Shown piece by piece: positions 58,958 to 64,000 of a stretch of DNA of 64,000 nucleotides. The DNA lies in NCBI GenBank assembly GCA_016278615.1, contig JADQBM010000054.1, positions 23,104 through 87,103 on the forward strand. The letters are read 5' to 3'. The notes beneath the pieces are model-generated. The model made no database searches and was not told the origin of the DNA. It saw nothing but the letters and a program-made list of their open reading frames with translations. Source of the stretch: Clostridia bacterium (lineage in GTDB: Bacteria; Bacillota; Clostridia; Peptostreptococcales; JAAYPU01). Every line of letters begins with the position of its first letter. The first letter of the stretch is position 1. Both the position numbers and the translations under genes were made by a program.

Positions 58958-58961
58958 TTTT

Positions 58962-59993
58962 TCAGTTAAATCCCGCTGCATCTCCTCTACTTTCGGATAC
59001 CTTTCGACCATAAGATATAATAGATGCTTCAAGTTTTCTTCTATTCTCATATATGGATACATCTTGAATCAGAGGGTTGGGATAAATATCATAAAGCTTT
59101 TGATATTTATAGGGTTCTATTTTTTTCATTACAACATTTGCTCCAGTACAAAAAGGATTAAAGGATTTCTGCGCATTGTTCACCGTTATGGAGGTTGTGA
59201 TGGGCAAATGGGTTTTCTTAAGTAAAATCCTTGTAATAGCAACACATTTTAATGCAATTAAGTTATCACCAGGAGGATATTGGGCCAATGGTGTTTTGGG
59301 ATGAGGAATAAAGACACCAATACCTGCCATTTCAACATCTAATTTCTTAAGGAAAAGGATATCATCTGCCAAGGACTCAATCGTTTGTCCTGGGAGACCT
59401 ACCATAAAACCGCTTCCCGTCTGATACCCAAGAGACTTTAGGTCTTCTAAGCACTTTAACCTTTTTTCAAAGGAAGAGGGGGGATGGTATTTGTTGTATA
59501 ATGTTTTGTCAGCTGTTTCATGCTTAAGAAGATATCGGTCCGCTCCATCTTTCTTCCACTGACGATAGGCTTCAAAGGAGTGTTCGCCGATACTTAATGT
59601 AAGTGCCACATCTCCCAACTTTTTTATTTGACGGATTAAATCTGATATTTTATCTGCATCGTAAAAAGGATCTTCTCCTGATTGAAGAATAATGGATTTA
59701 TACCCAGCTAAAGTAGCTTCTTTTGCGATGGAGACTATGTCATTTGATTCTAAGCGATATCTTGTTGCATCCTTGTTTAATCCATTTATTCCACAATAAT
59801 GGCAAGAAGATTTGCAGTAATTTGAAAACTCTATAATTCCTCGAATATGAATTTCCCGTCCAAAGATCTTTTCAGTTATTTCTGCAGCTTTTGAAAAAAG
59901 ATAGGCATCGCAATTGTCATTTAACAATTCTATGATTTCTTCTTTAGATGGATCTGAATAATCAATAATTTTGTCAATTATGTTATGAGTCAT
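58962..59993 (-). CDS. hydE: [FeFe]-hydrogenase maturase HydE (radical SAM)
   Basis: CKSSCHYCGI radical SAM motif with a BioB-like core. 343 aa. It sits in the hyd maturase cluster. Confidence 0.8.
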   Translation of the reverse strand: MTHNIIDKIIDYSDPSKEEIIELLNDNCDAYLFSKAAEITEKIFGREIHIRGIIEFSNYCKSSCHYCGINGLNKDATRYRLESNDIVSIAKEATLAGYKSIILQSGEDPFYDADKISDLIRQIKKLGDVALTLSIGEHSFEAYRQWKKDGADRYLLKHETADKTLYNKYHPPSSFEKRLKCLEDLKSLGYQTGSGFMVGLPGQTIESLADDILFLKKLDVEMAGIGVFIPHPKTPLAQYPPGDNLIALKCVAITRILLKKTHLPITTSITVNNAQKSFNPFCTGANVVMKKIEPYKYQKLYDIYPNPLIQDVSIYENRRKLEASIISYGRKVSESRGDAAGFN

Positions 59994-59998
59994 GAGAG

Positions 59999-60244
59999 CT
60001 ATACCTTCGTCAGCGCAGATTTCACTTGAATCCCCGCAATCTTACCCAATTTACCTGTAAGTGAACTGACTTCATCTGAGGTGCCATCGATGAGTAGAGA
60101 AATCACGGATATGTTTTTCTCTTTGTAAGGAACGCCCATCCTTCCGATAATCAGGTTTGCGTGAGCATGTAGAATTGTATTGACCTCAGCAGATTTATGA
60201 ATATCTTCTACTACAATACCTATAACTCCAATTCGTTTATCCAT
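59999..60244 (-). CDS. TM1266-family small ACT-like protein (iron-only hydrogenase system regulator)
   Basis: MDKRIGVIGIVVEDIHKSAEVNTILHAHANLIIGRMGVPY pattern and its position directly upstream of hydE. The start is set at MDKRIG after SD AAAGGAG. Confidence 0.6.
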   Translation of the reverse strand: MDKRIGVIGIVVEDIHKSAEVNTILHAHANLIIGRMGVPYKEKNISVISLLIDGTSDEVSSLTGKLGKIAGIQVKSALTKV

Positions 60245-60472
60245 TGTTTGCACTCCTTTCATTTTCTAAATAAAAAAATCCCTACCGGGACAGTAAAATA
60301 AAAAAACTTCGGCAGAACCGAAGTATTGTTATCTCTATGGTTTTCTGCCCCCTTCACTTAGATAAATCCTTGTAAACAGGAATTCTTATATGAATTTTAT
60401 TCCCTTCTGACAGTATCGTACTCTCAGAACAGAACTTAATACCATTGTAAAACGTTTCCAAAGGAAAATCAA
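60245..60472 (-). promoter_or_regulatory. Promoter plus ~190-nt leader with intrinsic terminators upstream of the hyd maturase cluster
   Basis: On the minus strand there is TTGATT (60467-60472), 17 nt, then TACAAT (60444-60449). Within the leader are CTTCGG TTCTG CCGAAG plus U8 (60299-60323) and TCCC GGTA GGGA plus U7 (60272-60290). Confidence 0.5.
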
Positions 60473-60574
60473 GTATAATGTTAAAAAAATATCAAACAGG
60501 AAAAAACTTTTCTAACAGGTTTCACATTTGAGTTTTAGTGATATAATTCAATAGAGATTTCTTTGTCGAGGTGT

Positions 60575-61780
60575 ATGATGCAAAATTCTAAGAAAAAAAT
60601 TCAACAAATAATCGCAATATGTATGGGGCATTTTATGAATGATGTATTTATGAATTTACTCATTCCCTTGTCTTTTTTGTTTAAAATTAAAATGGGGTTA
60701 ACCTATGCGGAACAAGCCATGATTGGTACTGTCATTATTTCCTTAGGATCTTTTGGACAGCCTCTTGTTGGGCATGCTGTAGACAAAAAAGGAAAATCAG
60801 GGCTTTTAATTATAGCAATCCTATGGATTGGGGTGCTTACAAGTATTGCAGGCTTTATTAACCACTACTATTTACTTCTTTTTATAGCGGGATTAGGTGC
60901 CTTGGGGTCTGCACTTTATCATCCCTTAGGATCATCTTTAGTAATTAATCTTTTAGGGAAAACAAAGGGTGCTGGACTGTCTATCTTTATCACCGTAGGA
61001 AGTTTTGCTATTGGATTTGCTCCATTTGTGGCCATTCCCTTAGCAACAAAATTTGGTTTAAAGTCTTTGGTTCTTTTTATCATTCCGACTATTATAACGG
61101 CTGCAATTATGTACTTTTTTAAAGTTCATGAGATAAAACTTGGTGTAAAGGCAGAAGATGATAAAAATACAACAAGGGTGATTGATAAGTCTAAAATAAG
61201 TTGGGTTGCCTCTTTGATTACGGTTTCAGTTATTCGGTCCTTAATCTTTAGAAGTTTTTTGTTGGCCTTTGGTGTTCAAGTATTACTCATGAAAGGGGTA
61301 GAGGAGATTGTAGCAGGAATTGCACTCTCTCTGCTTATGTGGACGACATCTGCTGGAACTTTTGCTGGAGGCTACCTTAGTGATAAATACGGTGGAAAGA
61401 ATACAATGATTTTTTCTAGTGTCGTTGTAACCCTTCTTCTTATTTTATTAATTATTGCCAAAGGTGTTCCTTCACTCATTATTTTCATCTTGATAGGTTT
61501 TGGTGCCGGGCTGGGCAATGCCCCAAATATCACCATGGCACAAGAGATCATACCAAGGAATACCAGTCTCGCTACAGGACTCATCTTTGGTCTTGGGGGA
61601 GGACTGGGGGGCGTAATCATGTACTTTTATGGAATGATAGCGGACTCTACAAGTCTTTTTACAGCGGTTACATTACTATTAATTCCAGTTATTATTATGG
61701 ATATATTGATTTTTCTAAATCCAATATATGAGGATGGAGAAATTGTGACCAAACTGACAGTTAAGCGAGAAAAAAGATAG
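60575..61780 (+). CDS. MFS transporter
   Basis: About 12 hydrophobic helices. The start is ambiguous (TTG 60563, ATG 60575 or ATG 60578). Confidence 0.7.
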   Translation: MMQNSKKKIQQIIAICMGHFMNDVFMNLLIPLSFLFKIKMGLTYAEQAMIGTVIISLGSFGQPLVGHAVDKKGKSGLLIIAILWIGVLTSIAGFINHYYLLLFIAGLGALGSALYHPLGSSLVINLLGKTKGAGLSIFITVGSFAIGFAPFVAIPLATKFGLKSLVLFIIPTIITAAIMYFFKVHEIKLGVKAEDDKNTTRVIDKSKISWVASLITVSVIRSLIFRSFLLAFGVQVLLMKGVEEIVAGIALSLLMWTTSAGTFAGGYLSDKYGGKNTMIFSSVVVTLLLILLIIAKGVPSLIIFILIGFGAGLGNAPNITMAQEIIPRNTSLATGLIFGLGGGLGGVIMYFYGMIADSTSLFTAVTLLLIPVIIMDILIFLNPIYEDGEIVTKLTVKREKR

Positions 61781-62153
61781 ATAAAAGATAATAGATAAGA
61801 TAGGCAAGAAGAATAGATTAGAGATAACAGATAATAGATGAGTAGGGATAGATAATAGATAAGTAGGGATAGATAACAGATAACAGATAAGAGTTGTGGT
61901 TAGTTTTGTGAACAAAACTTTCATTATGTATAGAAAAATATTCTATTAGATAATTAGGACATTTTGTGCTAAACAAAATGTCTACCTTACTGAAAAATTC
62001 TTTTAAAATCAACAGATTTTAGAATTTCCACGGAGCGAATGGCAACTTTAACTAATCGTAGATTAGAAAGTTCCACTTGTATGAGACCTGCACATCAAAT
62101 CATAGATTTGAGCTAGGGCTTCAACTGTTATCTATTAATTATTATCTATTATC
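61775..62153. repeat. Large mosaic element (heptamer arrays, three hairpins, inverted GC-word block)
   Basis: GATAANA-type array at 61775-61893. Hairpins at 61898-61922 and 61958-61982. GC-word block at 62025-62125 in inverted orientation. TNTTATC array at 62125-62153. Confidence 0.85.
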
Positions 62154-62193
62154 TAAAAAAGTAAAAGGGCTTTGATAGCAAAGGATGAAGTAT

Positions 62194-62988
62194 ATGACAA
62201 ATGTATTAATAACAATCCAATATGATGGGACTGGGTATAGCGGGTGGCAAAGGCAGCCTCATAAAAAAACAGTTCAAGGTGAGATTGAAAAAGCGCTAAG
62301 CAAGTTATGCAAACAACCTATAAAAATTAACGGAACAAGTAGGACGGATGCAGGTGTCCACGCATATGGACAGGCTGCGAGTTTTGCAGGGGACTTTGAA
62401 ATACCAGTTGAAAGAATTAAATTAGCGGTAAATGGATTGCTCCCGAAGGACATATACATTTTAAGTGTGGAGGAAGTCAATGATGATTTTCATGCAAGAT
62501 TTTCAGCTAAAGGGAAAACCTATCAATATAAAATTATATGTACCCATGAAAGGGATGTTTTTTTAAGAAATTATTACTATAATATAGATAAGGATTTAAA
62601 TGTTTCAGCCATGCGTGAAGCAGCCAAATGCTTCATAGGGACACAAGACTTTGCTACTTTCATGTCTTCAGGGAGTAAAGTATATAACACGGTACGAACC
62701 ATTTATTCTTTAGATATCATCGAAGAAGAGTTGGACACAAAGGTAAAATCCATTAAAGAAAAGGTTGTGACCATTGAAATTACAGGAGATAGTTTTTTGT
62801 ATAATATGGTTAGAATTATTTCAAGAACCTTGGTAGAGGTAGGCTTGGAAAAGCTTAAGCCAGAAGATATCCCCTTTATTATAAAAGCTAAAAAAAGAAG
62901 CTTGGCAAGGCTTATTGCACCGCCCGGGGGATTGTATTTAAATAAAGTTTATTTTGATGAAACAGAAATAAAGGAGAGAATAATATGA
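62194..62988 (+). CDS. truA: tRNA pseudouridine(38-40) synthase
   Basis: IQYDGTGYSGWQRQ and GTSRTDAGVHA (catalytic Asp). The start is set at MTNVLI. Confidence 0.9.
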   Translation: MTNVLITIQYDGTGYSGWQRQPHKKTVQGEIEKALSKLCKQPIKINGTSRTDAGVHAYGQAASFAGDFEIPVERIKLAVNGLLPKDIYILSVEEVNDDFHARFSAKGKTYQYKIICTHERDVFLRNYYYNIDKDLNVSAMREAAKCFIGTQDFATFMSSGSKVYNTVRTIYSLDIIEEELDTKVKSIKEKVVTIEITGDSFLYNMVRIISRTLVEVGLEKLKPEDIPFIIKAKKRSLARLIAPPGGLYLNKVYFDETEIKERII

Positions 62989-63275
62989 TTACAGCAAAAC
63001 AAAGAAGTTATTTAAGAGGACTGGCTAATAATCTTGAACCTATTGTCAATATTGGAAAAGGAGGACTGACGCCAAATATCCTCAGTCAGATTTCTGAAGC
63101 ACTGGAAGCCAGGGAAATTGTTAAAGTCAAGCTATTAGATTCCAGCCTTTTAGATCCAAGGGATACAGCAAATGAAGTGTGTAGCACCCTCCAAGCAGAA
63201 TATGTACAAAGTATAGGAAGTCGATTCGTTGTGTACAAAGAGTCTGAGAAGAACAAGACTATTCAGTTGCCATAG
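62985..63275 (+). CDS. yhbY: YhbY-family (CRM domain) RNA-binding protein
   Basis: LRGLANNLEPIVNIGKGGLT ... EIVKVKLL pattern. ATGA overlap with truA. Confidence 0.8.
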   Translation: MITAKQRSYLRGLANNLEPIVNIGKGGLTPNILSQISEALEAREIVKVKLLDSSLLDPRDTANEVCSTLQAEYVQSIGSRFVVYKESEKNKTIQLP

Positions 63276-63278
63276 AAA

Positions 63279-63398
63279 AATAACAGATAAGAGATAAGAG
63301 ATAAAAGATAACAGTTAAGGAGAATTTTGTTTCACAAAATTTAATTAAATAATAATAGTTTTGCTTCAGCAAAACTTCCCAAAACTATTATCTATTAA
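63279..63398. repeat. Mosaic element (heptamer array plus two hairpins plus short inverted array)
   Basis: ATAACAGATAAGAGATAAGAGATAAAAGATAACAGTTAAGG, the hairpins GAATTTTGTTTCACAAAATT and AGTTTTGCTTCAGCAAAACT, then ACTATTATCTATTAAG. Confidence 0.8.
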
Positions 63399-63424
63399 GA
63401 AAAACAGATAAAGGAGAAAAAAAC

Positions 63425-63850
63425 ATGGGTCGTTCAGTACGTGTGGAACAATTACTTCCGTATAAAATTAAGGATGTATGGGGCGCTATAACGACGCCGA
63501 GAGTTATGAAAGAATGGGGGCTTCAAACCAACTTTAAACTCATGAAAGACAAGCCTTTTTATTTTAGGGATACATCTCGTAAAAAAGAGCTTCTTATTCA
63601 TTGTCGGGTTATAGACTTCGAAGAAAACAAGACCCTGTGCTATACATGGGGGGATAAAACCCATGTCCCCACATTGGTCACGTTCACATTGACCGAGACG
63701 CCAAATGGAACCAAGGTAGAAGTAGAGCATAGTGGATTTGAAGGGATACATGGTTACTTCGCATATAAAAATTTTGGGGGCGTTTGGAAAAAAATGATTA
63801 TGTTCGAATTACCTAGGGCAATGGAAAAGTTTAATTATAAGAAAATCTGA
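63425..63850 (+). CDS. SRPBCC (AHSA1/START-like) superfamily protein
   Basis: N-terminal pattern RVEQLLPYKIKDVWGAITTPRVMKEWG. The size of 141 aa fits. Confidence 0.6.
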   Translation: MGRSVRVEQLLPYKIKDVWGAITTPRVMKEWGLQTNFKLMKDKPFYFRDTSRKKELLIHCRVIDFEENKTLCYTWGDKTHVPTLVTFTLTETPNGTKVEVEHSGFEGIHGYFAYKNFGGVWKKMIMFELPRAMEKFNYKKI

Positions 63851-64000
63851 TTTATTTTGCTAATTAACAATTAATAATGAATAATGTATAATTAAGGGTA
63901 AATTTTCCATGTTTGTCATTGAAAATTCAATTATAATATTGAATAATAAAAAGGAATTTTGAATTAATTAATTTCAAAATTCCTTCATTCATTGTGCATT

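Overview
Low-GC Firmicutes (Clostridia-type) chromosomal window; I cannot name the species. No searches were run: every call comes from motifs read in the translated ORFs and in the DNA. Bases 1 to about 16.2 kb look like an AT-rich acquired island. It holds (i) a protease-STAND NTPase gene whose frame runs off the left edge, translationally coupled to two small acidic ORFs and a radical SAM/SPASM enzyme; (ii) a Tn7-like transposition core (TnsA-TnsB fusion, TnsC/TniB-like ATPase) bracketed by two paralogous TniQ/TnsD-like proteins; and (iii) a type III restriction-modification pair. From about 16.2 kb the backbone resumes. It carries a thioesterase, a UDG-family protein, an IS3 remnant, kynureninase and a TetR/MFS/MacB-type ABC cluster. 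Next come three chemoreceptor genes with two cheW (one pair behind a c-di-GMP-I riboswitch, followed by an EAL-HDOD phosphodiesterase). Then lplA, a hydantoinase plus NMT1-type ABC transporter, uvdE, tadA, dinB, ald with an Lrp regulator, glnS, a ClC channel, the [FeFe]-hydrogenase maturase cluster (TM1266-like, hydE, hydG, hydF), truA and yhbY. Backbone intergenic regions are saturated with unusual mosaic repeats: inverted arrays of 6-7 nt periodic units around short hairpins, plus GC-richer word modules that include a perfect 78-nt inverted pair. The island has none of these. The strongest candidate for something undescribed is the protease-STAND / radical SAM four-gene module next to the dual-TniQ Tn7-like core. 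The mosaic repeat family is second.
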